Assembly: GCA_910588965.1 (NCBI GenBank)
Contig: CAJUSO010000006.1
Coordinates: 18,463-82,462 of the forward strand
Length of the DNA stretch: 64,000 bases
Direction: 5' to 3'
DNA from: an uncultured Lachnospiraceae bacterium
Lineage (GTDB): Bacteria > Bacillota > Clostridia > Lachnospirales > Lachnospiraceae
Part shown: piece by piece, positions 1 through 10,193 of the stretch
Numbering within the stretch: position 1 is the stretch's first letter
Layout: each line of letters starts with the position of its first letter
The notes under the pieces: model-generated
Told to the model about the DNA's origin: nothing
The model's input: the letters and a program-made list of their open reading frames with translations, nothing else
The model's database searches: none
Translations under genes and position numbers: made by a program

Positions 1-312
1 CGCCATATCCCGGTTTCCCTGATTGAAAATAGTTTTGCCGTGCTGACGGCCCTGATTGTGATGGTGTCTATCAAATGGGTGGGGATCCTGCTTATCAATG
101 CCTTATTAATCCTTCCGGCAGCCGCTAGCCGCAGCCTTTCCTGGAATATGCGGGAATATCATTTCTTTTCCATCCTGTTTTCGGTGTTTTCCGGCGTTAT
201 GGGCCTGATTGTGTCTTATTATGTGAATGTGGCCACGGGGCCTACGATCGTGGTTATTGCTTCTGCAATTTATTTTATGGCCTATTTATGGGGCAGGAAG
301 AACAACTTGTAG
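1..312 (+). CDS. Metal (Zn/Mn) ABC transporter permease, 3' part (runs off the window start)
   Basis: Frame is open from base 1; hydrophobic helices with VGILLINALLILPAAAS and ATGPTIVV, typical of ZnuB/MntB-type permeases. Confidence 0.85.
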   Translation, partial: RHIPVSLIENSFAVLTALIVMVSIKWVGILLINALLILPAAASRSLSWNMREYHFFSILFSVFSGVMGLIVSYYVNVATGPTIVVIASAIYFMAYLWGRKNNL

Positions 313-452
313 GCAGGAGCCTTACGGAGGGCTGCGGGCAAAATATTTTGCAGCCTGTCCTTTACGGATAGAGGCGGATATGGTAAAGTTAAAGGCAGCA
401 GGAAGGGCGGTGCGCCCCAGTCCTGGATTATAAGAAAGGATGTGCAGAAAAC

Positions 453-1199
453 ATGGAAGAGAAAGTTTTAGCAGTAGCAGCAGGGCATGAAATTACAGAA
501 GGGGAACGGAACCGCTTAATCAGCAATTATCCGCCGGAGCAGCAGATCTATATGTCAAGCCCGCAGGCAAAGCAGGACGTGCTGGAGCAATTAATTGCCT
601 TCCACCTGTTCCATAAGATGGCAGTGGAAGAGAAGATTATAGAATCCCAGGAATATTTGGACATGGTGGAAAAGATAAAGGTAGAATTAGCAAGCCATAT
701 GGCAGCTACCAGCGTGGTGGAGCACATCCGGGTAAACGAGGAAGAAGAACGCTCTTACTATCAGGAGCACCAAAGCCAGTTCCGGGAGGAAGGGCAGGTC
801 AGCGCGAAGCATATTTTAGTGGATTCCAGAGAACAGGCCAAAGAAGTGGCCAAAGAAGTGGAAGCTGGCCTTGCTTTTGAGGAGGCGGCCAGGAAATATT
901 CCACTTGCCCTTCCAGGGACAAAGGCGGGGATTTGGGGTATTTCTCCAAAGGGCAGATGGTGCCGGAATTTGAGAAGGCCGCTTTTGGCGGGGAAGTGGG
1001 GGCGGTTATAGGCCCGGTGGAAACCCAGTTTGGCCACCACTTAATCCTGGTGGAAGATAAAAAAGAGGCCTCCCAGCGTCCTTTTGGGCAGGTACAGGAG
1101 CAGATCCATCAGCAGCTGGTGCAGGCCAGGCAGCAAGAAGCTTACCAGGCCAAGGTAAAGCAATTGTCAGAAGCTTACGGAGTGGAACGCATGGAATGA
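453..1199 (+). CDS. Parvulin/PpiC-type peptidyl-prolyl isomerase
   Basis: AKHILV, FEEAARKYSTCPS..GGDLGYF..GQMVPEFEKAAF and GPVETQFGHHLI rotamase motifs; no signal peptide. Confidence 0.9.
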   Translation: MEEKVLAVAAGHEITEGERNRLISNYPPEQQIYMSSPQAKQDVLEQLIAFHLFHKMAVEEKIIESQEYLDMVEKIKVELASHMAATSVVEHIRVNEEEERSYYQEHQSQFREEGQVSAKHILVDSREQAKEVAKEVEAGLAFEEAARKYSTCPSRDKGGDLGYFSKGQMVPEFEKAAFGGEVGAVIGPVETQFGHHLILVEDKKEASQRPFGQVQEQIHQQLVQARQQEAYQAKVKQLSEAYGVERME

Positions 1200-1217
1200 T
1201 AAGGTAGGTGTGATAGG

Positions 1218-2339
1218 ATGAAGCAGTCTACAAAGTATCTGAAAATACTGCTGAATTTTTTGGTGGCGTTGTTTGTGGCGGTGTGCCTGGGGATTCTCCT
1301 GCCTAAGGCAGTGGTGTTCTTCATGCCCTTTGTGGTGGGGTGGGTGATTTCTGCCATTGCCAATCCTTTGGTACATTTCCTGGAAAAGAAGATGAAGATT
1401 GTACGCAAGCACAGTTCCATGGTAATTATTATCGGGGTACTGGCGGCTGTGGTAGGGCTTGGTTACCTGGCGGTTTCCCGTATCGTGATGGAGGCTGGGA
1501 ATTTGGTTTCAAACCTGCCCCAGATTTATGAGGAGTGGCAGGCGGATTTTGAGGAAATTGGGCAGAACCTGCAGGTCTTTTACCACCGGCTGTCCCCAGG
1601 CGCCCAAAAGACCATCCAGGATGTGTCGGCAAATTTGGCAGAATATGCCGGCGGCCTGGTGCAGGCAATCGGGGAGCCTACCTTTGAGGCTGCTGGGAAT
1701 TTTGCCAAAAATGTGCCCTCTACGCTGGTATCAATCATTATGTGCCTGATTTCCGCTTATTTCTTTACCGCAGATCGGGAAAATATCCTACGTGTTCTAA
1801 AGAAGAATATCCCCTCCGGCATTTGGGGAGGGGTATCTGGCGTCATCCAGGACCTGAAATCTGTAGTCGGCGGTTACTTCAAAGCCCAGTTTAAGATTAT
1901 GGGCGTGGTGTATGTGCTCTTGGTCATTGGGCTATGGCTGCTGAAGGTCAATTATGTGCTGTTGGCGGCTTTTGCCATTGCTTTCCTGGATATGCTGCCC
2001 TTCTTTGGGACAGGGACAGTGCTGGCGCCATGGGCAGTGATGAAAATCCTGTCCAACGACTATAAGATGGCGGCAGGGCTTTTGGTGCTCTATGCGGTGA
2101 CGCAGATTGTGCGGCAGGTCATCCAGCCCAAAATCGTGGGGGACACCATTGGGATGAATCCTTTAGCCACGCTGTTTTTTATGTATATTGGGTATAAGGT
2201 GAGCAGTATCGTGGGGATGATTGTTGCGGTGCCGGTAGGGATGATTTTAATCAATCTTTACCAGTCCGGGGTATTTGACAACCAAATCCGGTGCATCCGG
2301 GAACTGGTAAAGGATATTAATGAATTCCGGAGGTTTTGA
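1218..2339 (+). CDS. ytvI: Sporulation integral membrane protein YtvI (AI-2E family)
   Basis: Multi-TM; motifs NPLVHFLEKK, GYFKAQ, LDMLPFFGTG, RQVIQPKIVG and G.NPLATL. Confidence 0.85.
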   Translation: MKQSTKYLKILLNFLVALFVAVCLGILLPKAVVFFMPFVVGWVISAIANPLVHFLEKKMKIVRKHSSMVIIIGVLAAVVGLGYLAVSRIVMEAGNLVSNLPQIYEEWQADFEEIGQNLQVFYHRLSPGAQKTIQDVSANLAEYAGGLVQAIGEPTFEAAGNFAKNVPSTLVSIIMCLISAYFFTADRENILRVLKKNIPSGIWGGVSGVIQDLKSVVGGYFKAQFKIMGVVYVLLVIGLWLLKVNYVLLAAFAIAFLDMLPFFGTGTVLAPWAVMKILSNDYKMAAGLLVLYAVTQIVRQVIQPKIVGDTIGMNPLATLFFMYIGYKVSSIVGMIVAVPVGMILINLYQSGVFDNQIRCIRELVKDINEFRRF

Positions 2340-2405
2340 AGCCCACGCCCCCAAGGCCTTGCGGGGATTGCAGGCTGTGGTCCCAGCGGAAGCTGCGCGT
2401 AAGCG

Positions 2406-3122
2406 TTAGCCCTGGAAGGGCTCTGTAAAGTAGCCGTAATAAGAAACGGGCTCCCCGCCTAGGAGAAGGTGCGCCGTATCCCCAAGGCTCTGGCAGCGGA
2501 AATAGGCTTCGCCGGGACGCCGTTCCTCCGTACCGATGGCCGTGACAGAGGTGGGCGCCAGGAAAAACCCTTGCCAGAGCTGGCTGGGCGTGGTGTTGAT
2601 TAGGTGCGAGAGGCAGGCGCAGGTAACCCCCAAATGGCAGAAGCAGGCCACAACAGCGTCCCTTTGGGCGTTTTCTTGGGCATGGTAGCGGTAACCCTTC
2701 CGGAAATATCCGTATTTCTCCAGAAGCTTATCCAATTCCTGGCAGACCCACTGGTATTGTGCTCCCACATCCCCCTGCCGCAGGGTTTCATTTTGGCTCC
2801 AATGCTCCAAATGGAATAACTCTGGGTGGGCGTCCATAAATTCTGGATGGAAGTCCCAGGGGACTTTGCGCCGTTTTTGGATCTCATCCCAGATAGGGGC
2901 TTTGAATTCCCGCAGCCATTCCAGGGTCTGCGCCGTCCGGCCTATCTTGTGCAGGGTGCAGCTGGCGGTATCCTGTGCCCGCCCAAGCGGTGAGCAGTAG
3001 AAATCCGTCACTTCCCACCGGCAAGCCCGTCCGGCCAGCAGCCTGGCTTCCCGCCAGCCTTTTTCTGTCAGGGAGTCTATCTCATAATTGGGTTCTGCAT
3101 GGCGGATAAATATTAGTTTCAT
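2406..3122 (-). CDS. Histidine phosphatase (phosphoglycerate mutase superfamily) protein
   Basis: N-terminal RHA motif (IRHAEP), SPLGRAQDTA, later CHLG; GGAG RBS upstream. Confidence 0.85.
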   Translation of the reverse strand: MKLIFIRHAEPNYEIDSLTEKGWREARLLAGRACRWEVTDFYCSPLGRAQDTASCTLHKIGRTAQTLEWLREFKAPIWDEIQKRRKVPWDFHPEFMDAHPELFHLEHWSQNETLRQGDVGAQYQWVCQELDKLLEKYGYFRKGYRYHAQENAQRDAVVACFCHLGVTCACLSHLINTTPSQLWQGFFLAPTSVTAIGTEERRPGEAYFRCQSLGDTAHLLLGGEPVSYYGYFTEPFQG

Positions 3123-3318
3123 AGGATTCTCCTTTTGTATCTCATTTTTTCCGTCTATCTTTGCTTATTATAATGCAGCCTGCCTTTTTTGTAAATAGGC
3201 AGGAGGGGCGCCGTTATGGGCGGCCCTAAAGCCATGCCTTTAGGGGATAGGGCGGCAAGGTTAGAGGAGGCGCCCCGTCTGCCAAGGCCCAAAGCCCGCC
3301 TTTAGCGGCATCCCCTTG

Positions 3319-4659
3319 TCATCCCCCAGCGCTTTTCCTTAAGAGAAGCAGTAAAGCCCCTCCGGCCATCATCCCTTGGCTGATCAGGATCCCCCAAAGA
3401 TACCCTTTAATCCCGACCATGGGGATTGCATATACCACAAACCCAATCCGCACCCCTAACCCTAGTACGTTCAGCAGGAAGGTGGAGGTAGTCTTCCCCA
3501 GCCCATTCAAAATACTATGCAGCGTAGTCGAAAGATAGAGGAACGGGCAGATCCACCCCAGGATTACGATAAACGTCCCTGCAAGCTCATTCCCAAACAA
3601 TGTGCGCCCCATCCATTTCCCCAGGAGCAGGAAGCATAAGGTACACGCCAGCCCCAACAGAATACAGTACAGGCAGGCTTTTTTTACCGTGTTTAAAATA
3701 TACTTCCGGTCCCGTTTCTCCTGCGCCTCTGCAATGGCTGGCAGCAGCAGTACGGAGACAGAGTTGGTAAGCACGGAAGGGAAGAGTACCATTGGCAGCG
3801 CCATCCCTGTCAGGACGCCGTACACGCTTAATGATTCTGATGCAGAATAGCCGAATTGCCGCAGCTGCCCTGGGATCATCACAGCCTCTAAGCTCTGCAG
3901 CACATTTACCAGCACCCGGTTGGCGCTTAGCGGCAGAGCCATTCCGAAAATCTGCCGCACGGCCAGGATGCGGCTGCCCTGCGCCCTTTTCCTGGGCAGG
4001 AAGCTGAAGGAAAAGAGTATGGCGGCCGCTTCCCCGACTACAATCCCCCAGGCAACAAGGCTTAGGGAGATTGCCTGGTATTTTTCCATGGAAATTTCGA
4101 AAAACAGCCATACGCTTGCGACCCGGGCCGCCTGCTCCACCAGCTGGGAAAATGCTGGTGCAAAGGTCTTTTTTAACCCGTAAAAATAGCCGTTAAGGCA
4201 GCTATGGATAGCGCCGAAGGGAATCGTAAACGCCAAGATCCGCAGCAGCGGCGCACAGCGGGCTTCCTCCAAGAAGCGGATGGCAATCCAATCGGAAAAG
4301 CGGTACAGGAACGCCATGCAGAAAAACGACAGGGACAAGGACAGGAACAGCCCTGCCGCCAGGTAGCACCGTTCGTTGCAGGGCCCCTTCCTGCCAGGGC
4401 AGGCTTTGGCTTGCTGGCCTGCAATGGCCGCCTGCGCCACGAAGCGGGAAATGGCGGTCTGGATGGCAGAAGCCGTTAAGGAGATGGTGAGCACATGGAT
4501 AGGGAAGGTCAGCTGGTAAATTCCCATCGCTTCGGCACCAATGGACTGTGATAGGAATATCCTATAGAAAAAGCCGATAATCCGGGACAGCAATCCGGTT
4601 AGGGTAAGGAGCAGCGTGCCGGTAACCAGCGGGTGGCTGCGCAGGGAGCGATAATTCAT
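3319..4659 (-). CDS. spoVB: SpoVB/MurJ-like MOP-family flippase (polysaccharide biosynthesis protein)
   Basis: GTLLLTLTGLLSRIIGFFYRIFLS..IGAEAMGIYQL and many TM helices; ATG at 4659 follows GGAGG. Confidence 0.8.
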   Translation of the reverse strand: MNYRSLRSHPLVTGTLLLTLTGLLSRIIGFFYRIFLSQSIGAEAMGIYQLTFPIHVLTISLTASAIQTAISRFVAQAAIAGQQAKACPGRKGPCNERCYLAAGLFLSLSLSFFCMAFLYRFSDWIAIRFLEEARCAPLLRILAFTIPFGAIHSCLNGYFYGLKKTFAPAFSQLVEQAARVASVWLFFEISMEKYQAISLSLVAWGIVVGEAAAILFSFSFLPRKRAQGSRILAVRQIFGMALPLSANRVLVNVLQSLEAVMIPGQLRQFGYSASESLSVYGVLTGMALPMVLFPSVLTNSVSVLLLPAIAEAQEKRDRKYILNTVKKACLYCILLGLACTLCFLLLGKWMGRTLFGNELAGTFIVILGWICPFLYLSTTLHSILNGLGKTTSTFLLNVLGLGVRIGFVVYAIPMVGIKGYLWGILISQGMMAGGALLLLLRKSAGG

Positions 4660-4694
4660 AAAGCCTCCAGGTGTGCAATGTAAGTTTCTATCCA

Positions 4695-4723
4695 ATTCTA
4701 TGACCTAAAAACCCACAAAATGC
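4695..4723 (-). promoter_or_regulatory. Candidate sigma-E promoter of spoVB
   Basis: Minus strand reads GCATTTT-N14-CATAGAAT, close to the sigma-E consensus; spoVB is sigma-E dependent in Bacillus. Confidence 0.5.
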
Positions 4724-4741
4724 ATGTATAAAAAAATAAAC

Positions 4742-4770
4742 TTGACAGCAGAATAAAATCATGGTACTAT
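4742..4770 (+). promoter_or_regulatory. Sigma-A promoter of the iscR operon
   Basis: TTGACA-N17-TACTAT with an extended -10 TG. Confidence 0.75.
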
Positions 4771-4782
4771 GCGTTTGTGGAA

Positions 4783-4807
4783 AAACCCGACTAAAATGCT
4801 CCGAATT
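4783..4807 (+). promoter_or_regulatory. Candidate IscR type-1 operator
   Basis: AAACCCGACTAAAATGCTCCGAATT just downstream of the -10; left half matches the ATASYYGACT type-1 IscR half-site, right half is degenerate. Confidence 0.5.
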
Positions 4808-4868
4808 TAAAATGCCAGGGTAAGAGGCAGGGTTTGGGCAGGAAGCGGTTGCACGATAAAGAGGTGGT

Positions 4869-5309
4869 ATGTTGAAATTATCTACAAAGGGAAGGTATGG
4901 GCTGCGGGCTTTCATAGACTTGGCAGTTAGCGCAGAGGGCCAGCCGGTCTCCATTATAAGCATTGCCCAGCGGCAGGAGATTTCTGTCAGCTATTTGGAG
5001 AAACTGATGGCGAAGCTCAAGAAGGCCGGGCTGGTGGAAAGCGTCCGGGGCGTCAATGGGGGATATACCATTGCAAGGCCAGTGGATGAGATTTCCGTGG
5101 GGGACGTGCTGCGGGCTTTAGAAGGGGATTTGGTCCCTGTGGAATGCGCAGGGATTGATGGGGGCCAATCTGGGCATTGCGGCAGTTCCTCCCAGTGTGT
5201 CAGCAAGATTGTGTGGAAGCGTATCAATGACTGCATTAACGACACGGTGGACAGCATTTACGTTGGGGAACTGGTCCGGGAAAGTAAGGAGGAAAAATGG
5301 GAAAAATGA
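4869..5309 (+). CDS. iscR: Rrf2-family regulator, IscR-like
   Basis: LSTKGRYGLRA, SVRGVNGGY, three C-terminal Cys; heads the iscS-iscU operon. Confidence 0.85.
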   Translation: MLKLSTKGRYGLRAFIDLAVSAEGQPVSIISIAQRQEISVSYLEKLMAKLKKAGLVESVRGVNGGYTIARPVDEISVGDVLRALEGDLVPVECAGIDGGQSGHCGSSSQCVSKIVWKRINDCINDTVDSIYVGELVRESKEEKWEK

Positions 5310-6478
5310 TATATTTAGACAATGCGGCCACGACAAGGACCGCACCAGAGGTAGTGGAGGCTATGCTCCCATATTTTACGGAATCTTATGGGAATGCCTC
5401 TACCGTATATGAATTTGGCACGAAGAGCAAAGAAGCCATCTCCCAGGCAAGGGAGGTGATTGCAAAGGCCATCGGCGCCAAGGAGAACGAGGTTTATTTT
5501 ACGGCAGGGGGCAGCGAGTCGGATAACTGGGCCATTAAGGCTGCCGCTGAAGCATACAAAGCCAAAGGGAACCACATCATCACCAGCAAGATTGAGCACC
5601 ATGCCGTACTGCATACCTGCCAGTGGTTAGAGCAGAACGGTTTTGAGGTTACTTACCTGGATGTGGATGAGTACGGCGTGGTGAAACTGGAAGAACTCAA
5701 AAAGGCAATCCGCCCCACCACTATCCTGATTACCATTATGTTTGCCAACAATGAGATTGGCACCATTGAGCCGGTGGCAGAGATTGGGCGGATTGCCAGG
5801 GAGCATGGCGTCCTGTTCCATACCGACGCCGTGCAGGCTTTCGGGCAGGTGCCGATTGATGTGGATGCCTGCGGCATAGACATGATGAGCGCCAGCGGGC
5901 ATAAGCTGAACGGCCCGAAAGGCATTGGCTTCCTCTATATCCGCAAGGGCGTGAAAATCCGTTCCTTTCTCCATGGAGGGGCGCAGGAGAGGAAGCGCAG
6001 GGCTGGCACAGAGAATGTCCCAGGGATTGTGGGCTTTGGGAAAGCTGCGGAAATGGCCCTGGTAAGCATGGAAGGGCGCACCAGAAGGGAAAGGGAATTG
6101 CGTGATTATATGATTAGCCGTGTGCTGAAGGAGATTCCCTACACACGGGTCAACGGCCACAGGGTGAACCGGCTTCCCAATAACGTGAACCTTTGCTTCC
6201 AGTTTGTGGAAGGGGAATCCCTGCTGATTATGCTGGATATGAAAGGCATCTGCGCTTCCTCCGGTTCGGCCTGTACCTCGGGGTCTTTAGATCCTTCCCA
6301 TGTGCTCCTGGCAATCGGCCTGCCCCATGAAATAGCCCACGGCTCCCTGCGGCTGACCTTGGGAGGGGACACGACGAAAGAAGACATTGATGATACCATT
6401 GAGGCAATCAAGGAGATTGTGGCGCAGCTGCGGGAAATGTCGCCCCTTTATGAGGATTATATGAAATCTTCCAGATAA
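5297..6478 (+). CDS. iscS: Cysteine desulfurase IscS/NifS
   Basis: IYLDNAATT, PLP lysine in SGHKLNGPKG, catalytic SSGSACTSGS. Confidence 0.95.
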   Translation: MGKMIYLDNAATTRTAPEVVEAMLPYFTESYGNASTVYEFGTKSKEAISQAREVIAKAIGAKENEVYFTAGGSESDNWAIKAAAEAYKAKGNHIITSKIEHHAVLHTCQWLEQNGFEVTYLDVDEYGVVKLEELKKAIRPTTILITIMFANNEIGTIEPVAEIGRIAREHGVLFHTDAVQAFGQVPIDVDACGIDMMSASGHKLNGPKGIGFLYIRKGVKIRSFLHGGAQERKRRAGTENVPGIVGFGKAAEMALVSMEGRTRRERELRDYMISRVLKEIPYTRVNGHRVNRLPNNVNLCFQFVEGESLLIMLDMKGICASSGSACTSGSLDPSHVLLAIGLPHEIAHGSLRLTLGGDTTKEDIDDTIEAIKEIVAQLREMSPLYEDYMKSSR

Positions 6479-6593
6479 GGAAAGCCGGATGCCCCAGAAG
6501 GAGATAGGGGACGGACGTATGCCGGGGATTGATGGGAACAGAAGCAGCCTGTGGATGCAGAGAATAGACGGAATCAGAAAAATGGAGGAAGAA

Positions 6594-7031
6594 ATGTATA
6601 GCGAAAAAGTAATGGACCATTTTAAGAACCCTAGGAATGTAGGGGAAATTGAGGATGCCAGCGGCGTGGGGACGGTAGGCAATGCCAAGTGCGGCGATAT
6701 CATGCGTATTTTCCTGGATATAGATGGCAATGGGATTATCCAGGACGTGAAATTTAAGACGTTTGGCTGCGGCGCAGCTGTAGCTACCAGCTCTATGGCA
6801 ACGGAACTGGTAAAGGGCAAGAGCATACAGGAGGCGCTCCAGGTGACGAACCAGGCCGTTATGGAAGCATTAGACGGCCTTCCCCCTGTCAAGGTACACT
6901 GCTCCCTTTTGGCAGAGGAGGCCATCCATGCCGCCCTTTGGGATTATGCAGAGAAGAACCATATCACGATTGAAGGCTTAGAGAAGCCCAAGGATGATAT
7001 CAGCGAGGAAGAAGAGGAAGAGGATTACTAA
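6594..7031 (+). CDS. iscU: Fe-S scaffold IscU/NifU
   Basis: MYSEKVMDHFKNPRNVG, CGD, FGCGAA, LPPVKVHCS; ATG 6594 follows GGAGG. Confidence 0.95.
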   Translation: MYSEKVMDHFKNPRNVGEIEDASGVGTVGNAKCGDIMRIFLDIDGNGIIQDVKFKTFGCGAAVATSSMATELVKGKSIQEALQVTNQAVMEALDGLPPVKVHCSLLAEEAIHAALWDYAEKNHITIEGLEKPKDDISEEEEEEDY

Positions 7032-7045
7032 GCAGGGATGGGCTT

Positions 7046-8122
7046 ATGGAGAAAAAAAGAGTCGTAGTGGGGATGTCCGGCGGGGTGGATTCCTCCGTGG
7101 CGGCCTGGCTGCTGAAGGAGCAGGGCTATGAGGTGATCGGCGTCACCATGCAGGTGTGGCAGGAAGAGGATAGGGCAGCGCAGGAGGAACAGGGGGGCTG
7201 CTGCGGGCTGTCCGCCGTGGAAGATGCGCGCCGCGTGGCTGCAATGCTGGGGATTCCTTACTATGTCATGAATTTTAAATCAGCATTTAAAAAAAATGTA
7301 ATTGATTATTTTGTGGGGGAATATATCAAAGGGCGCACGCCGAACCCCTGTATTGCCTGCAACCGCTATGTGAAATGGGAGTCTTTGCTGCGGCGCAGCA
7401 TGGAGATTGGGGCGGATTATATTGCCACGGGCCATTATGCCAGGGTGGTAAGGCTCCCAAACGGCAGGTACGCACTGCAGAAATCTGCCTCTGCTGCAAA
7501 GGACCAGACCTATGCCCTCTATAGCCTGTCCCAGAGCCAGCTTTCCCATACCCTGATGCCCGTCGGGGATTATACCAAGGAGGAAATCCGCAGTATGGCG
7601 GCAAAGCTGGGGCTTCGGACAGCGGGTAAGCCGGACAGCCAGGAAATCTGTTTTATCCCGGATCGGGATTATGCGAAATTCATCGACCAGGAGACCGGCA
7701 GGAAGCAGGAGCCAGGGAATTTTGTGGACAAGGATGGAGCCGTCCTTGGGCGCCACCTGGGGATTACCCATTACACCATCGGCCAGCGCAAGGGGCTAGG
7801 CCTTGCGATGGGCAAGCCGGTGTTTGTTACGGAGATCCGCCCGGAGAGCAATGAGGTAGTCATTGGCAGCAATGAGGACGTGTTTGGGGACGCTCTTTCT
7901 GCAGGGCAGCTGAATTTTATGTCCATCCCAGATTTGCAGGGGGAACGGGAGGTAGTGGCCAAAATCCGCTACAACCACCAGGGGGCTCCCTGCATGATCC
8001 GGAAGATAGGGGACGATAAGGTGGAATGCCGGTTCCCGGAACCGGTGCGAGCCATAACGCCGGGACAGGCAGTGGTGTTTTATGAAGGCAGCACCGTATT
8101 GGGCGGCGGCACTATTTTGTAA
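7046..8122 (+). CDS. mnmA: tRNA 2-thiouridylase MnmA
   Basis: SGGVDSS, TPNPCIACN, ATGHY, KDQTY, DSQEICF. Confidence 0.97.
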   Translation: MEKKRVVVGMSGGVDSSVAAWLLKEQGYEVIGVTMQVWQEEDRAAQEEQGGCCGLSAVEDARRVAAMLGIPYYVMNFKSAFKKNVIDYFVGEYIKGRTPNPCIACNRYVKWESLLRRSMEIGADYIATGHYARVVRLPNGRYALQKSASAAKDQTYALYSLSQSQLSHTLMPVGDYTKEEIRSMAAKLGLRTAGKPDSQEICFIPDRDYAKFIDQETGRKQEPGNFVDKDGAVLGRHLGITHYTIGQRKGLGLAMGKPVFVTEIRPESNEVVIGSNEDVFGDALSAGQLNFMSIPDLQGEREVVAKIRYNHQGAPCMIRKIGDDKVECRFPEPVRAITPGQAVVFYEGSTVLGGGTIL

Positions 8123-8128
8123 TTTTGC

Positions 8129-8157
8129 TTGTATGCTGTGGGGAATTGGTTTATAAT
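8129..8157 (+). promoter_or_regulatory. Sigma-A promoter of ackA
   Basis: TTGTAT-N17-TATAAT. Confidence 0.6.
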
Positions 8158-8240
8158 GGTATGGGATATTAGCTACAGTGGTAGCTTCTTGTTATGATAA
8201 CAGGGGATTTGTGTAAATTTTTGGAAAGAAGGAGAAGGAA

Positions 8241-9437
8241 ATGAACATATTAGTTATTAATTGCGGAAGCTCATCCCTGAAATACCAGGTGATTGATTCA
8301 GGGTCAGAGGAAGTGCTGGCCAAAGGGCTATGTGAGAGGATTGGCCTGGACGGGCGGCTGGTTTACCAGAAGGCAGGCGGTGAGAAGGAAATCACAGAGG
8401 CGGACATGCCTTCCCACAAGCAGGCGATCCAGATGGTGCTGGACGCTTTGGTAAACCCTGGCACGGGCGTGTTGGGGAGCCTGGATGAAATCGGCGCGGT
8501 AGGCCACAGGATTGTCCATGGCGGGGAGGAGTTTGCAGCTTCCACCCTCTTGGGCGAAGAGGTATTGAAGGCCATCGAGGAATGCAGCGATTTGGCTCCG
8601 CTGCACAACCCGGCAAATTTAATCGGCGTCCGCGCCTGCCAGGAACTGATGCCAAACGTGCCTATGGTAGGCGTGTTTGACACAGCCTTCCACCAGACGA
8701 TGCCGGAAAAAGCATACCTCTATGGCATTGATTACGGTTACTACGAAAAATATAAAGTGCGCCGGTATGGCTTCCATGGCACCTCCCACAGCTATGTTTC
8801 CAAACGCGCAGCGGAGATTGTAGGCAAGCCTTACGGGGAACTGAAGACCATTGTATGCCATCTGGGGAACGGCGCCTCCATCTGTGCCGTAAAAAATGGC
8901 AAGTCCATTGACACGTCCATGGGCCTCACCCCTTTGGAGGGCCTGATTATGGGTACCCGCTCCGGCGATATCGACCCAGGGGCGATGGAATACCTGGCCA
9001 AGAAGGAAGGCCTGGATTTGGAAGGCATTATGGAGGTACTGAATAAAAAGTCAGGCGTCCAGGGGCTTTCCAATATTTCCAGTGATTTCCGTGATTTGGA
9101 GGCGGCAGCGGCCAAGGATGACCATGCCGGGATCCGTGCCCTGGAGGCTTTTATTTACCGCGCTGCAAAATATGTCGGGGCATATGTGGCAGCCATGAAC
9201 GGCGTGGATGTCATCTGCTTTACGGCAGGCGTCGGGGAGAACGGGCCGGATACCAGGAAGGGCATCTGCAATTACCTGGGCTATTTGGGCGTTTGCATTG
9301 ATGATGAAGCCAATAAGGTAAGGGGTGAGGAGCGTGTGATTTCTGCCCTGGACTCAAAGGTAACGGTGCTTTGCCTCCCTACGAATGAGGAGCTGGCCAT
9401 TGCGCGTGAGACCGTGGCATTGGTTACGGGCAAATAG
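8241..9437 (+). CDS. ackA: Acetate kinase
   Basis: INCGSSSLKYQ, GHRIVHGG, LAPLHN, FDTAFH, HLGNGAS, PTNEEL. Confidence 0.97.
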   Translation: MNILVINCGSSSLKYQVIDSGSEEVLAKGLCERIGLDGRLVYQKAGGEKEITEADMPSHKQAIQMVLDALVNPGTGVLGSLDEIGAVGHRIVHGGEEFAASTLLGEEVLKAIEECSDLAPLHNPANLIGVRACQELMPNVPMVGVFDTAFHQTMPEKAYLYGIDYGYYEKYKVRRYGFHGTSHSYVSKRAAEIVGKPYGELKTIVCHLGNGASICAVKNGKSIDTSMGLTPLEGLIMGTRSGDIDPGAMEYLAKKEGLDLEGIMEVLNKKSGVQGLSNISSDFRDLEAAAAKDDHAGIRALEAFIYRAAKYVGAYVAAMNGVDVICFTAGVGENGPDTRKGICNYLGYLGVCIDDEANKVRGEERVISALDSKVTVLCLPTNEELAIARETVALVTGK

Positions 9438-9446
9438 TTTTGGATG

Positions 9447-9495
9447 AAAATACAGGGAGTGTCCCCCGTCATAAGGGGATGCTCTTTGTATTTTT
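9447..9495 (+). terminator. Intrinsic terminator after ackA
   Basis: AAAATACAGGGAGTGTCCCC / GGGGATGCTCTTTGTATTTT stem ending in a T run. Confidence 0.7.
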
Positions 9496-9527
9496 GGCAG
9501 GGACGGCACATTGATAGGAGGAGATAT

Positions 9528-10193
9528 ATGGAAGGACAGGATATGGTAGTGGGGGGCTTTGCGTTTACGGATAAAAAAGCAGCCTTGAAGGCCAGGCATG
9601 AAGCAGAGAGCATTCAATACCTGGAAAAACAGATCAATATGGAAAACCCGCGGATGGTATTGGAATTTTACAAGAAGCTTTTGGCGGAGGAAGTGTTTGA
9701 GACGCCGGTAGGCCTTGCATTCCTAAAGGGGCTCTATGATTTCCTTGCAAAGATCCCGGAGTTCCAGGATGGCCTTGCCCCCATCCAGACGGAGAAGATG
9801 GCGACGGCTTTGCTGGGCGGGGCGCCTACGGGTGCAGGTGCCCCGCCGGGGGCCGAGGGGCAGGAAAGCTTCCAGAGGGCAGAAGAGATGGCAGCCTTAT
9901 ACGAAGATAAGCTCAATAAGGTGAAGCAGAAAATGCGCTCTGCAGAGCTGAAGCAGAAGCGCACGGAAGAAGGCATGCGCAAACAAAAGTCCAGCCTGCG
10001 TTTCAGCAGGCTTTTGAATGTATTTTTCTTGCTGGTGGTGATTGGGATGTTTGCGCTTGCTTTGACGGATAACCATCCCAATATCATCAATTATGAGAAT
10101 AAAATCCAGGATAAATACTCCCAGTGGGAAATGGACTTACAGGAGAGGGAAGAAAAAGTCAGGGAAAAGGAGCGTGGGCAGAAAGGGGAATAG
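9528..10193 (+). CDS. Hypothetical coiled-coil protein with one C-terminal TM helix
   Basis: AGGAGG RBS before ATG 9528; charged coiled-coil region, then LLNVFFLLVVIGMFALAL. Confidence 0.7.
   Translation: MEGQDMVVGGFAFTDKKAALKARHEAESIQYLEKQINMENPRMVLEFYKKLLAEEVFETPVGLAFLKGLYDFLAKIPEFQDGLAPIQTEKMATALLGGAPTGAGAPPGAEGQESFQRAEEMAALYEDKLNKVKQKMRSAELKQKRTEEGMRKQKSSLRFSRLLNVFFLLVVIGMFALALTDNHPNIINYENKIQDKYSQWEMDLQEREEKVREKERGQKGE

Noticed and set aside
8189..8203. Rex operator at the ackA promoter (TTGTTATGATAACAG)
   Set aside because: It is palindromic, but the half-site spacing is shorter than the 18-bp Rex box, so it cannot be assigned.
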